Shown: positions 25,237 through 35,278 of the stretch, piece by piece
Numbering within the stretch: the stretch's first letter is position 1
How the letters are laid out: every line of letters begins with the position of its first letter
NCBI GenBank assembly: GCA_039801905.1
Contig: JBDRVQ010000001.1
Location: 29,635 to 93,634, forward strand
Length of the DNA: 64,000 nt
Direction: 5' to 3'
DNA from: a candidate division WOR-3 bacterium
GTDB taxonomy: Bacteria; Hydrothermota; Tepidihabitantia; Tepidihabitantales; JBDRVQ01
Translations under genes and position numbers: made by a program
The notes under the pieces: model-generated
Told to the model about the DNA's origin: nothing
The model's database searches: none
Seen by the model: the letters and a program-made list of their open reading frames with translations, nothing else

Positions 25237-26525
25237 TCCTTCACTTTTATCCTACCCGCTGGTCCTTTGGTCTTAACGGTGGTCAAAAAACCGGAGTTCT
25301 GAAAGGACTCATTACGGATATCAACCAGGGTGATCTCATAATAGTATTTACCATCCGCTACCAAGCGCGTCGCCTCATCTAAACCATCCCAAGTTAAACG
25401 GGTGGGCGGTTCCTCCCAACCGGAATAGTTCCTCACCACCTCTCCCAATTCGTTTTTAATCAAAAGTTGCCACCTCTTCACCTTTCGCTTGGTAGTATAT
25501 TTCAAATTCATCGCCAAAATGTTCTCCCCCACCCCGGGCTGGGGAGAGAAGATTTTCGGATAACTCTCAATCCAGATCCGAAAGCCACCGAATTTCAAGG
25601 CAAGACCCAATTTATGGGTTGGTTTCAAAATGAAATTGGATTGGTGATGTAAAAGTAAGGCATAGTCAATAAAAAGGGATGATTTATTTCCCGTTCGGCC
25701 CAACCCCAAACCCAAACTGATCTCCCTCTTATCCAAGCCGGTCCTCTGGACAAGCATCCCTTTCACCAATTCAAACTCCACCCCGAAGTGCGGGTCTAAA
25801 TAGCGAGAAGAGAATCCTTCGGAGAAGAGGGCAAAAGGTGATAAGATATCAAAGAGCACCTTTATGCGGTCTTGATAAGTCCGCCAGCAGAGACCGAGCC
25901 GGAAGGAACGGGGATAGATCTCTTCCTCACCAAAATCAAGCAATCTCATCTTTGGCTCCCAAAGGTTCTGGATAAATAGACCAGAAGAGAGGAAAGAGGT
26001 CGGCTTATAAAAAATACCAAAATCCGCTCCGAAACCCGCCCCGGAATAGAGGTATAATGCCTTGGCGATAATTTTCAGGTTGAGACCAAAGGAAAAATTG
26101 GAAAGTGGGGAATAGGCATAAGAGAAGATATAGGCATTCTCATAAAAGAAGGTAGGATTACCTTGATAATTATCCGGGGTGCGGGAATCTAATCCTTCAC
26201 TCCCGAAGTTCAAAAGCGAAAGACCAAAACTCCCGAAATATTTTGTCGGCAGGGCGTAACCGATATATTCCAACCTTGCCCCGTAAAGGGTGAAGTGGGA
26301 AAGCCTCACTTCTTGATTGAGAAGCTGCCAAAGTCCGGCGGGATTAAAATAAGTTGCCTCTTGGTCATCCGCCAAACCGCAGAAAGCCTTGCCCAAGGCT
26401 AAACTTCTGGGAGTTACCCCATAATTCAAAAAGGCACCAGGTTCCCCTCCGGGAAAGGCATAAGACGAATAAGCAAAAAATAAGATGGCAAAACCTAGGA
26501 AATTAAATCTTAAAACTTTTACCAT
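25233..26525 (-). CDS. outer-membrane beta-barrel protein (PorV/PorQ/UPF0164-like) with a C-terminal FlgD-Ig-like domain
   Basis: Signal peptide. The N-terminal motif SLALGKAFCGLADDQEATYFNPAGL is typical of PorV-like barrels. C-terminus has LTWDGLDEATRLVADGKYYYEITLVD. Confidence 0.55.
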   Translation of the reverse strand: MVKVLRFNFLGFAILFFAYSSYAFPGGEPGAFLNYGVTPRSLALGKAFCGLADDQEATYFNPAGLWQLLNQEVRLSHFTLYGARLEYIGYALPTKYFGSFGLSLLNFGSEGLDSRTPDNYQGNPTFFYENAYIFSYAYSPLSNFSFGLNLKIIAKALYLYSGAGFGADFGIFYKPTSFLSSGLFIQNLWEPKMRLLDFGEEEIYPRSFRLGLCWRTYQDRIKVLFDILSPFALFSEGFSSRYLDPHFGVEFELVKGMLVQRTGLDKREISLGLGLGRTGNKSSLFIDYALLLHHQSNFILKPTHKLGLALKFGGFRIWIESYPKIFSPQPGVGENILAMNLKYTTKRKVKRWQLLIKNELGEVVRNYSGWEEPPTRLTWDGLDEATRLVADGKYYYEITLVDIRNESFQNSGFLTTVKTKGPAGRIKVKE

Positions 26526-28192
26526 ACCACGCCGATGCGATAGCCTTTATCAAATATCCTGCCGGTATGAGCAATTCCCACCACCCGAACGTAGTAAATC
26601 CCGGATGCGACCTTATCCCCTTTATCATCCCTCCCATCCCAAACCACAACATTCACCCCTTTCCTCGCTCCCATCTCCCCTTTTTTAATGAGCCTTTTAT
26701 AGATGGGATTGCCGAATGGGTCGTAGATTAAAATCTTGGTATCAACATTATCCCTTAAATGGTAGATAATCTTAGTGAAGTTTTGATTCAAATTACCAAA
26801 GGGATTGGGAATGGCAATAATCTCTCCCCGCATCACCTCATTATCAAAGACCTCTGCCCAGATGCCAATTACTGTGTCAACCGTATCCGCCCGGATTAAA
26901 ATGGAATCCCTTTCGGAAACGGAATCTTTTAAGTTGGGAATGGGCACAATGAAACGCGCCTTTCCCCAGCCTAAGGAATCAGTGACGATCACCGAATCAA
27001 GCATCTCCCCTTTACCTTTTATCACCTTAAACTCAACCCGCTTGTAAGGAATCGGCACACTCGCCCCATCAAGAACCAATACCGAAATCTCTGTGGGCCA
27101 ACCGGCCAAGATTGTATCCGCGTGGTTGACAAAGAGGTAAACCGCCTTGGGGATGATATTCAAAAAGGAACGGTAAGTCTCAAGACCTCTCTTGGAAACT
27201 GCCCAGAGATTTTGATTCTCACCGGCAAAATAAAACGCCACCTTCGCTTTTCCACTATCATTAAGCACAATTGGCTGGGGATGGTAAGAAAAGGAGAAAT
27301 CGGAAAGAAGATAAACCGTATCCTGAGCGGCGGTTGGATTATAAAAGGAGTCGCAACCCACTACCCGGACAAGAAAGGAATCGGAAACATACTGTGGGAT
27401 AGGCTTTCCTCTCTTTCCCGGTGTCTGCCAGGCTAAAGTAGTGGTGTCACCAAATTGGAAATCCTCACCGGGCAAAAGTAAAAGAAGTCGGGAATAGAAA
27501 TTGGGCCGAACCAAAAATTGGGAGGAAGTATCGCTTCTGATTGTGATATCAGATAAGTCCCAGGCGGTGATAAAACGGGAGCCCTGAGAACGGGGAAGAA
27601 AAGGAAAATTTGCCCACCCCTCACTCAAAGAGATGGTGGAAGGATAACTGGCAAAGGAATCGGAAGAGAAGAGTCCCACCGTATCAAACCGGTTCTTCAC
27701 CACATTGAAATTCTTATCCACTAAATAAACCTTCCCGGTAAAAGAAAGACCTGCGGTCTGGGGTTGGGGCGAATAGTGTTTACCGAGAGGAGAACCAGGA
27801 AGTAAGGTCTCACCCGGGCAGATTAAGAGAAGTTTCTTTGGTTCATTGGGAGAGAAGATAATTTTTGCCGTTTGACCCCGAATCAAACCATCCTCCACTA
27901 AAATTCTTAAACTCTCATCAGCAATTGTCACAACCGCCTTACACCTTATCTCCCCCCGATAAAAATTTAAGAGGGGTGGATAGATATAAGACCAGGGCCA
28001 GAGTCCGTCAAGAGAAGTCTTCAAAAGTGCCCGGCCGTTATAAGAAGTATCAACCTCACCGTTCGCCTTGCGGGCAACCACATAGATATAAAAAGAGTCC
28101 CCGGCGATACCCCCGGTTTGGGGATATTCTAAAAAATCAAAGTAGGCAGTTTGGGAGAAGAGGAAGAAGATGGAAAGGAGATTAAATATCAT
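26519..28192 (-). CDS. hypothetical secreted protein with a C-terminal FlgD-Ig/T9SS-like domain
   Basis: Signal peptide. C-terminus VVVWDGRDDKGDKVASGIYYVRVVG. First gene downstream of the sigma54 promoter. Confidence 0.5.
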   Translation of the reverse strand: MIFNLLSIFFLFSQTAYFDFLEYPQTGGIAGDSFYIYVVARKANGEVDTSYNGRALLKTSLDGLWPWSYIYPPLLNFYRGEIRCKAVVTIADESLRILVEDGLIRGQTAKIIFSPNEPKKLLLICPGETLLPGSPLGKHYSPQPQTAGLSFTGKVYLVDKNFNVVKNRFDTVGLFSSDSFASYPSTISLSEGWANFPFLPRSQGSRFITAWDLSDITIRSDTSSQFLVRPNFYSRLLLLLPGEDFQFGDTTTLAWQTPGKRGKPIPQYVSDSFLVRVVGCDSFYNPTAAQDTVYLLSDFSFSYHPQPIVLNDSGKAKVAFYFAGENQNLWAVSKRGLETYRSFLNIIPKAVYLFVNHADTILAGWPTEISVLVLDGASVPIPYKRVEFKVIKGKGEMLDSVIVTDSLGWGKARFIVPIPNLKDSVSERDSILIRADTVDTVIGIWAEVFDNEVMRGEIIAIPNPFGNLNQNFTKIIYHLRDNVDTKILIYDPFGNPIYKRLIKKGEMGARKGVNVVVWDGRDDKGDKVASGIYYVRVVGIAHTGRIFDKGYRIGVVW

Positions 28193-28241
28193 AATCTTCT
28201 ATCTTATAAGATAATCAAAAATAAGTCAAGCACCCGTTTAT

Positions 28242-28257
28242 AGCAATTATTGTGCCA
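28242..28257 (-). promoter_or_regulatory. sigma54 (-24/-12) promoter TGGCAC-AATAA-TTGCT
   Basis: The reverse complement of 28242-28257 is TGGCACAATAATTGCT, which matches the TGGCAC-N5-TTGCW consensus. It lies 50 nt upstream of the ATG at 28192. Confidence 0.7.
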
Positions 28258-28363
28258 CTGAAATTCTATCGGATAAATCCCCATTTTCTCCAAATAAAAG
28301 AAGGTTCTGTGCCAATCTTTACTCAGAAAGCCAAATCTTTGCACACTTGCCAAAGAAGCCCCC

Positions 28364-29182
28364 TTAAAGCAATCGGTAATGCTTCATCAAGATTGATTCC
28401 AATTGGGAGGGTATGACCTTTTTCAGAAAGACCGCTAACTTCTCCGAAAAGGGACCGATGGTATAACGAAATTTTGGTTTTGGGTCTTTAATAATCCTCT
28501 CCAAAAGGAAGGCAACCTCCTGGGGATGGAGACCATTACGCTCGTCTTCCTCCATCACCCCCAATGCCCTCAAAAACTCCTCTTGATAAGAAGAATTCCT
28601 CTCCGATTCTAAGGTCTTTTGGCGATTGGTGGTGAATTGGGTTTGGAAATCTCCCGGCTCAATCAAAACGACTTTAATCTTGAACTTTTTCACCTCCATC
28701 CTCAATGCCTCACTCAAACCTTCCAAGGCAAACTTTGTGGCACTGTATAAACCTTGAAAGGGAAGTCCCATTAAACCAGCAAGGGAACTGATATTGACAA
28801 TCAGCCCCCCTCCCTGTTGGCGCATGATTGGTAATACCGCCCGCAAGACCCGCAGGACCCCAAAGAAGTTAGTCTCAAATTGCCCCTTTGCCTCCTCAAT
28901 CGTTGTCTCCTCTATCGCCCCGGCGATGCCGAAGCCGGCATTATTCACCACCACATCCAATCTCTTCTCTCTTTCAAAGAGATAATCAATCCCTCTCCTT
29001 ACCGAATCGCAAGAATTGACATCCATCGGCATCATTGTCAAGAAATCGGAAATGGGGGTGAAAGAAGAGAGCTTTCGGCTGGTCCCGTAAACGGTATAAC
29101 CTTTATTGGCTAAATGTTCGGCGCAGGCTTTGCCGATACCGGATGATGCCCCGGTGATAAAAATGACCTTTCTATTTTTCAT
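28364..29182 (-). CDS. short-chain dehydrogenase/reductase (SDR)
   Basis: TGASSGIGKA cofactor motif and a YSATKFALE catalytic motif. Confidence 0.85.
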   Translation of the reverse strand: MKNRKVIFITGASSGIGKACAEHLANKGYTVYGTSRKLSSFTPISDFLTMMPMDVNSCDSVRRGIDYLFEREKRLDVVVNNAGFGIAGAIEETTIEEAKGQFETNFFGVLRVLRAVLPIMRQQGGGLIVNISSLAGLMGLPFQGLYSATKFALEGLSEALRMEVKKFKIKVVLIEPGDFQTQFTTNRQKTLESERNSSYQEEFLRALGVMEEDERNGLHPQEVAFLLERIIKDPKPKFRYTIGPFSEKLAVFLKKVIPSQLESILMKHYRLL

Positions 29183-31730
29183 TGCTCAACCTTTTTAGAT
29201 AATCCTCTACCGCCGATTTTATCTCTTCCCTTTTCCCTTTTATGCCACCTTCCGCCAAGTCATCTCGCCCCCCACCCCCACCACCAAATCTCTTTCCTAA
29301 GAAATTGGCTAAATCCTTCGCCTTAATCTCTTGCGTCAAATCGGAAGAGATGCGAATGACAAATCTCTTCTCCCCTTCTCCTGCCAGAAAGACAGAGATG
29401 GTGCGTGACCAATCCCTTACGGTGTCGGAAAGGTTTCTCAAATCGTTGACCGTGAGATAGGGGTAATCCCGGAAGAGGAAAAAGAATTTTCCCACGGCCT
29501 CCGGAACCAAATCCTTCTTTAAGAAATTTAAAAGAAGGGAAGAGAGGCGCTCCACCCTCTTTTGGTAACTAAAAAGTGCCTCTTTCCACTCGGAAATCTT
29601 TTTCTCAATCAATCCCTTTTGACCAAATTCCCTTATTAAGTTTTTAATAATCATCTCCTCCTCATCAATCTCCCTCTTTACCCTCTCGCCGCATAGGGCT
29701 TCAATCCTCCTAATGCCGGCTGCCACTCCGGTTTCGGAGATAATCCGAAAGTAACCAATCTCTCCGGTCCTGCGCAGATGGGTACCACCACAAAGTTCTT
29801 TGGAGAAATTACCAATCTCAATCACATTAACCCTCTCTCCGTAGTGCTCGGTAAAAAGGGCTAAGGCACCCATCGCCTTCGCCTCAGCAATTGGGATGTT
29901 AAAATACTTTTTCACTTCTAAGTCTTTAAGGATCTGCTCGTAGACAATCTCCTCTATACTTTTAATCTCCCCTTCCTCTAAGGGACGGGGGAAATTGAAG
30001 TCAAATCTCAACCTCCCCGGTTCCACCAAAGAACCTTCCTGTCTCACCTCTTCCCCTAAGACCAACTTCAATGCCTTATGTAATAAGTGGGTGGCGGTAT
30101 GGGCGCGTTCAATCTCCCTTCGCCTCCTTTCGTCAACAGAAGTGATAACCTTCCCAACTTTTATCTCCCCTTCCCTTAACCGCCCTTTAACAATCGGTAT
30201 CCCAAACTGGTAATAGGAATCTAAAACCTCTAACTTAAACCCCTCACCCTCTATCCAACCGGTATCCCCAACTTGACCCCCGGCTTCCGCATAGAAAGGA
30301 GTGGCACTTAAAAAGACTTCATAAAGATCTTCACCCACCTTCTCATAAGAGAGGATTTCACTTTCTCCCCTTAAAGTCTCATAACCAATAAACTTCACCT
30401 CTCTCCCTTTCAGTACCTCAAGAGAAAGGGGAGAAGAGGAAACCTCCTTTCTTGATTTCTCCCTCTGCCTTTCTAAGAAGCGAAGGAAACCATCCCGATC
30501 AATCTCTAACCCCTCTTCCCTTGCCAACTCCTCTTGGATTTCAATACTGAAGCCATAGGTGTCCGCGAGGCGAAAGGCATCTTCCCCACAGATTATCCCA
30601 TCTTTCGCCCTTTTCTTCACCTCCTGCCAACGTTTCATTCCCGAGGCTAAGGTTTCTAAGAAACGTTCCTCTTCCGCTTTAATAATTGAGGAAGCCTTCA
30701 AAAATGCCTCCTTCACTTCCGGATAATGGTTATGATAAAGGTCAACTACCGTACCCGATAATTGGTAAAGGAAAGGTTCTTTCACTTTAAGGATTTTATA
30801 AGCGAAGAGGAGAGCCCGACGAATTAAAGACCGAACGACATAACCCCTCTCCTCGGGTGAAGGTAAAATCCCATCGGCAATGGCAAAGAGAACCGCTCGG
30901 GTGTGGTCGGCACAGATATTGAAAGCAACCCGATTTTGGGAGGTTATCTCCTTTGAGAGGATCTCCGCCATCCTTTCAATTATCGGGGAAAAGCAGTCGG
31001 TCTCAAAAACCGATCTCTTCCCCTGGGAGACAAGGGCTAACCTCTCCAATCCCATTCCGGTATCAATCCCCCGATTTTTTAAGGGAAGTTTTCTCCCATC
31101 AGGCTGGCAATCGTATTGGGGAAAGACCAGATTGTAGAGTTCTAAAAAACGGTCGCAGTCACAACCGGGGGCACAGGTCGGTTTACCGCAACCGAATTCC
31201 TCCCCCAAATCAAAATAAATCTCCGAGCAGGGACCACAGGCACCTTGTCCCCCAGCCGGTCCCCAAAAATTATCCTCCTCCCCCAAGCGAAATATTCTCT
31301 TTTCCGAAAGACCAACCACCTTATGCCAAATTCGGTAAGCCTCCTCATCTTCCCTAAATACCGAAACAAAGAGTCTCTCCTCTTTTAAGCCAACAACCTT
31401 TAAGAGGTACTCCCAAGCCCAGAGAATCGCCTCCTCCTTAAAATAGTCACCGAAGGAGAAATTGCCCAGCATCTCAAAGAAGGTGAGGTATTTGGGAGAT
31501 TTGCCAACCTTTTCCAAATCCGAAACCCTGAGGCACTTCTGGATACTACAAGCCCTCTTATAAGGAAGGGGTTTCGTTCCTGCCCAAAGGGGTTTGAATT
31601 GAACCATTCCCGCAGTAGTGAAAAGGAGGGTTGGGTCATCCTTGGGATAAAGGGGGGAAGAGGGAACGACGGTATGACCCCTCTGGGCATAAAAATCTAA
31701 AAATGTCTTTCTAATCTCCTCAATCTTCAT
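29172..31730 (-). CDS. alaS: alanine--tRNA ligase
   Basis: Resembles AlaRS along its full length ([11 protein letters not shown], the editing-domain HTATHLLH, and a C-terminal DHHA1-like [13 protein letters not shown]). Confidence 0.93.
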   Translation of the reverse strand: MKIEEIRKTFLDFYAQRGHTVVPSSPLYPKDDPTLLFTTAGMVQFKPLWAGTKPLPYKRACSIQKCLRVSDLEKVGKSPKYLTFFEMLGNFSFGDYFKEEAILWAWEYLLKVVGLKEERLFVSVFREDEEAYRIWHKVVGLSEKRIFRLGEEDNFWGPAGGQGACGPCSEIYFDLGEEFGCGKPTCAPGCDCDRFLELYNLVFPQYDCQPDGRKLPLKNRGIDTGMGLERLALVSQGKRSVFETDCFSPIIERMAEILSKEITSQNRVAFNICADHTRAVLFAIADGILPSPEERGYVVRSLIRRALLFAYKILKVKEPFLYQLSGTVVDLYHNHYPEVKEAFLKASSIIKAEEERFLETLASGMKRWQEVKKRAKDGIICGEDAFRLADTYGFSIEIQEELAREEGLEIDRDGFLRFLERQREKSRKEVSSSPLSLEVLKGREVKFIGYETLRGESEILSYEKVGEDLYEVFLSATPFYAEAGGQVGDTGWIEGEGFKLEVLDSYYQFGIPIVKGRLREGEIKVGKVITSVDERRRREIERAHTATHLLHKALKLVLGEEVRQEGSLVEPGRLRFDFNFPRPLEEGEIKSIEEIVYEQILKDLEVKKYFNIPIAEAKAMGALALFTEHYGERVNVIEIGNFSKELCGGTHLRRTGEIGYFRIISETGVAAGIRRIEALCGERVKREIDEEEMIIKNLIREFGQKGLIEKKISEWKEALFSYQKRVERLSSLLLNFLKKDLVPEAVGKFFFLFRDYPYLTVNDLRNLSDTVRDWSRTISVFLAGEGEKRFVIRISSDLTQEIKAKDLANFLGKRFGGGGGGRDDLAEGGIKGKREEIKSAVEDYLKRLSNEK

Positions 31731-32731
31731 TTGGAAAATGCCTTCTCATAAATCTTCTCTTCAATCTCCTTTGCCAAGTTAGGATTCTTTTCTAAGAATT
31801 CTATCACCTGCTCCCTTCCCTGACCAATCCGGTCTTCCTTATAGGAGAACCAGGCACCACTCTTCTGAATAATTCCCAAGGAACTTCCCACATCAACAAT
31901 CTCTCCGAGACGGTTAATCCCTTTCCCGTAAATGATATCAAATTCTGCCTCCTTAAAGGGAGGAGCCAACTTATTCTTAACGACGCGCACTTTGGTTCGC
32001 GCCCCGATAAACTCTTCCCCTCTTTTGAGTGTAGAAACTTTCCTCACCTCCAATCTTAAAGTGGCATAGAACTTCAACGCCAAACCACCAGGGGTCGTCT
32101 CCGGGCTACCATAGAGAACACCAATCTTATGCCTTATCTGATTGGTGAAGATGGCACACGTATTTGACTTGTGAATGACACCGGAGAGTTTCCTCAATGC
32201 CTGCGACATTAACCGCGCCTGGACTCCAACCTGAGCCTCACCCATCTCCCCTTCAATCTCCGCCCTCGGCACAAGGGCGGCAACTGAATCAATGACGAAG
32301 ACATCCAAGGCTTGGCTCCGAGTGAGAATTTCGGCAATCTCTAAGGACTGTTCTCCGGTATCCGGTTGAGAGAGATATAAATTATCCAAATCAACCCCCA
32401 AGGCTTCGGCATAGGAAGGATCAAGGGCATGCTCGGAATCAATGAAACAAGCAATCCCCCCTCTCTTCTGTGCCTGGGCAATCACGGAAAGGGCTAAGGT
32501 TGTCTTTCCTGAAGCCTCCGGTCCGAAGATCTCGCAGATCCTCCCCTTCGGAAAACCGCCAATCCCCAAGGCAATATCTAAGGCAAGAGAACCGGTGGGG
32601 ATAATATCTACTTCCATCTTCCTCCCTTTTTCCCCCAACTTCATCACTGCCCCTTTCCCAAACTGCTTTTCAATCTGGGCGATGGCAGAGGCAATCGCTT
32701 TTATCTTTTCCTTATCAATCTCTTTTGCCAT
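31727..32731 (-). CDS. recA: recombinase A
   Basis: [13 protein letters not shown]-loop, FIDSEHALD, and RecA loop motifs. A GAGGTG Shine-Dalgarno sequence lies upstream. Confidence 0.95.
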   Translation of the reverse strand: MAKEIDKEKIKAIASAIAQIEKQFGKGAVMKLGEKGRKMEVDIIPTGSLALDIALGIGGFPKGRICEIFGPEASGKTTLALSVIAQAQKRGGIACFIDSEHALDPSYAEALGVDLDNLYLSQPDTGEQSLEIAEILTRSQALDVFVIDSVAALVPRAEIEGEMGEAQVGVQARLMSQALRKLSGVIHKSNTCAIFTNQIRHKIGVLYGSPETTPGGLALKFYATLRLEVRKVSTLKRGEEFIGARTKVRVVKNKLAPPFKEAEFDIIYGKGINRLGEIVDVGSSLGIIQKSGAWFSYKEDRIGQGREQVIEFLEKNPNLAKEIEEKIYEKAFSK

Positions 32732-33067
32732 TTTTCACCTCTTCACTAAAATTAAGTTTAGGGGAAAAAAAGGGAAAGTCAACATTGGTATGGAAGCAAT
32801 AAGAGAGAAGAGCCACTTTATGGTGGTAGAGATTTTTGACCAAAAGAATTGAATTTCTCGTTGATGATAATACCTTGCCAAAATAAACCTCTCGCCACCT
32901 TCTATTCAAGAAGAAGAGTTACAATCTAAGGAGTGAGCGGAAGATAAAAAGATGAAATAGAACTTTCCCACTTCGGTGGTCACACCCTTCTGAAAAGTGT
33001 CTCTTGAATTAAATAAGTTATTATAAATCAAAGGCTTATAAAAAAGGGGGAAATTTAGTGTCAGAAA

Positions 33068-33096
33068 TTGGGGGGTATTTCCGTATTTATTATAGA
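33068..33096 (+). promoter_or_regulatory. promoter-like element of the copy B leader (TTGGGG-17-TATAGA), 5 nt from the sORF ATG
   Basis: ttgggg ggtatttccgtatttat tataga gggct ATG. Confidence 0.4.
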
Positions 33097-33101
33097 GGGC
33101 T

Positions 33102-33200
33102 ATGAAGAAGTTAAAAGAAATTATTAAGGTAAGTGATTGGGTTCTAATCCCAACCCTTGAAGAGAGATTGAGGAGGTATTATCGGGTAATTAGCACTTAA
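33102..33200 (+). CDS. candidate leaderless small ORF (32 aa), MKKLKEIIKVSDWVLIPTLEERLRRYYRVIST
   Basis: Paralogue of 2120-2224. Both share the same start context and the same stop (AGC ACT TAA). Confidence 0.3.
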   Translation: MKKLKEIIKVSDWVLIPTLEERLRRYYRVIST

Positions 33201-33297
33201 TAAAAATGGCATTAAATAATAAAAAACTTTATCAAACAGGAGGGGTTTATCTTTATAAAAAGGGGTGTAGCATACAGGGGATGGTATCGGGGATTTA

Positions 33298-33516
33298 ATG
33301 GAAGGCATAATCTAAGGCATAATTTTAGGCTTAATCGGAGTTTTAATAGAGGGTTTAATTGAGAATCTAATAAATACTCTAAAAGAAGTTATAACCGGCG
33401 GTATAATCAGAAGCCTAATTCAGAGTTTAATAGAAAGGATAATAAAGAGTTTAATCATGTGTCTAATTAAGGGTTTAATCCGAAGGGAAAATAGAAACCT
33501 AATTGAGAATGATTAG
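33298..33516 (+). repeat. 12-nt phased degenerate tandem array, 18 units
   Basis: atggaaggcata|atctaaggcata|attttaggctta|atcggagtttta|atagagggttta|attgagaatcta|...|attgagaatgat|tag. Confidence 0.9.
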
Positions 33517-33745
33517 TGGAGAAGAATAATCTTTTCTCTTTGAATAGAGCCCTCGCTTTCCATCCGCTCCCAATAAATGGGTAAAACTTTCCCCGGATGC
33601 GCATCGTGTGCCAATGAGGGCAAAATCTGATTTCCTTGCTGGGTGGATACCGGGAAACTATCAATAATAACACCAGAAGGATTTAAGCGGGCACCATAGA
33701 TATCAGATCACAAGATAATTTATGCCATCTTTCCCGGATTTTATG

Positions 33746-33773
33746 TTGACTTTAAGGTAATTTTTTGTAATTT
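33746..33773 (+). promoter_or_regulatory. sigma70-type promoter (TTGACT-16-TAATTT), 5 nt from the aldehyde dehydrogenase ATG
   Basis: ttgact ttaaggtaattttttg taattt aacct ATG. Confidence 0.45.
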
Positions 33774-33778
33774 AACCT

Positions 33779-35278
33779 ATGGCAAAAATCTACTACAATT
33801 TTATTGATGGGAAATGGGTAGAGAGTAAAACAAAAAGGACCTACGAAAATCGTAATCCCGCCAACTACGAAGAGGTGATTGGCGTTTTCCCTTCTTCTAA
33901 TGCGGAAGATGTTGACTTGGCGGTAAAGGCGGCAAAAAAGGCTTACCAGCACTGGCGGAAGGTCCCACCCCCGAAAAGGGGAGAAATCCTCCGCAAAGCG
34001 GGTGAGATTCTTTTAGAAAGGAAAGAAGAGATCGCTCAGATTATGACCAGAGAAATGGGAAAGGTGCTAAAAGAGACCAGAGGCGATGTGCAAGAAGGGA
34101 TTGATACCGCCTTCTATGCGGCTGGAGAAGGGAGGAGATTGTTCTCCTTCACCACCCCCAGTGAATTACCAAATAAGGTCTGTATGGTCTATCGCCAACC
34201 GATAGGCGTCTGGGGAATTATCACCCCCTGGAATTTCCCCTTAGCAATTCCTTCTTGGAAAATCTTCCCGGCTCTTTTATGCGGCAATACCGTGGTCTTC
34301 AAACCCGCCACTGATACCCCAGCCACCGCTTTCCTTTTGGTTGAAATTTTAATGGAGGCCGGATTGCCCGAAGGGGTTGTCAATTTAGTCTTCGGCCGGG
34401 GTGGCGAAGTCGGTGAAGCATTACTTAGCCATCCCGAAATCTCCGGCATCTCCTTCACCGGTTCTTCAGAAGTGGGGAGAAGAATTGGGGAAGTCTGCGG
34501 CCGGACCTTAAAAAGATGCTCCTTAGAATTGGGTGGGAAAAATGCCCAGATTGTTCTGGCTGATGCCGATCTCAATTTAGCCTTAGAGGGTGTGCTCTGG
34601 GGCGCCTTCGGTACTACCGGCCAGAGATGTACCGCTACCTCCCGACTCATCTTAGAGGAGAAGATCTACGAGCAGTTTATTGAAATGCTAATTGAAAGGA
34701 CAAAGAAATTGAAATTGGGTAACGGCTTAAAGGAAGATACCGACGTTGGACCTTTGATTAGCGAAAAGCAGAGGGAGACGGTACACCAATATGTGGAGAT
34801 TGGGAAGAAGGAAGGGGCGAAGTTAGTCTGTGGTGGTAAACCTTACCAAGAGGGAGAATGCGCCAAGGGCTATTTCTATGAACCAACAATTTTTATTGAT
34901 GTGAAGCCGGAGATGACCATTGCCCAGGAAGAGATCTTCGGTCCCGTTCTTTCCGTAATTAAAGCGAAAGATTTAAAAGAAGCGATTTCTATCTTAAATA
35001 AGACCCGCTACGGCCTCTCTTCCGCCATTTACACCCGAGATGTGAATAAGGCATTTACAGCAATCTCCGAAATTGAGGCGGGGATTACCTATGTCAACGC
35101 CCCCACAATCGGTGCGGAGTGCCACTTGCCTTTCGGGGGGGTGAAAGATACCGGCAATGGACATCGGGAAGGTGGCTGGACGGTTTATGATATCTTCTCG
35201 GAGTTGAAGACGGTTTATATTGACTACTCCGGCTCTCTCCAAAAGGCACAGATTGATACCTGGCAAAAGAGAGATTAA
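33779..35278 (+). CDS. NAD(P)-dependent aldehyde dehydrogenase
   Basis: ALDH family motifs ELGGKN, a GQRCTA catalytic Cys and EEIFGPV. Confidence 0.9.
   Translation: MAKIYYNFIDGKWVESKTKRTYENRNPANYEEVIGVFPSSNAEDVDLAVKAAKKAYQHWRKVPPPKRGEILRKAGEILLERKEEIAQIMTREMGKVLKETRGDVQEGIDTAFYAAGEGRRLFSFTTPSELPNKVCMVYRQPIGVWGIITPWNFPLAIPSWKIFPALLCGNTVVFKPATDTPATAFLLVEILMEAGLPEGVVNLVFGRGGEVGEALLSHPEISGISFTGSSEVGRRIGEVCGRTLKRCSLELGGKNAQIVLADADLNLALEGVLWGAFGTTGQRCTATSRLILEEKIYEQFIEMLIERTKKLKLGNGLKEDTDVGPLISEKQRETVHQYVEIGKKEGAKLVCGGKPYQEGECAKGYFYEPTIFIDVKPEMTIAQEEIFGPVLSVIKAKDLKEAISILNKTRYGLSSAIYTRDVNKAFTAISEIEAGITYVNAPTIGAECHLPFGGVKDTGNGHREGGWTVYDIFSELKTVYIDYSGSLQKAQIDTWQKRD

Larger units (their letters stand above)
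33011..33581 (+). repeat. Dispersed composite element, copy B: extended leader + promoter + hairpin + sORF + box + array + tail
   Basis: The 5' 90 nt match the copy D leader (56590-56680, about 85%). Positions 33051-33307 match copy A (more than 90%). Array and tail match copy C. Confidence 0.9.

Noticed and set aside
28258-28363. Repeated TTGGCA/TGCAAA-like half-sites upstream of the sigma54 promoter as enhancer (UAS) sites for the EBP.
   Set aside because: The matches are only imperfect and short, and they overlap the 3' end region of the SDR gene. I cannot distinguish them from chance without knowing the EBP binding motif.
33598-33613. A second sigma54-like site on the minus strand (TGGCAC-ACGAT-GCGCA) pointing into the tail of copy B.
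   Set aside because: The -12 element lacks the TT of TTGC, the site is not conserved in copy C, and no ORF or conserved module lies downstream in that orientation.
33467-33673. A 68-aa minus-strand ORF over the end of array B and its tail.
   Set aside because: It has no promoter or Shine-Dalgarno context and is not conserved in copy C beyond the shared tail. It is probably a chance ORF.
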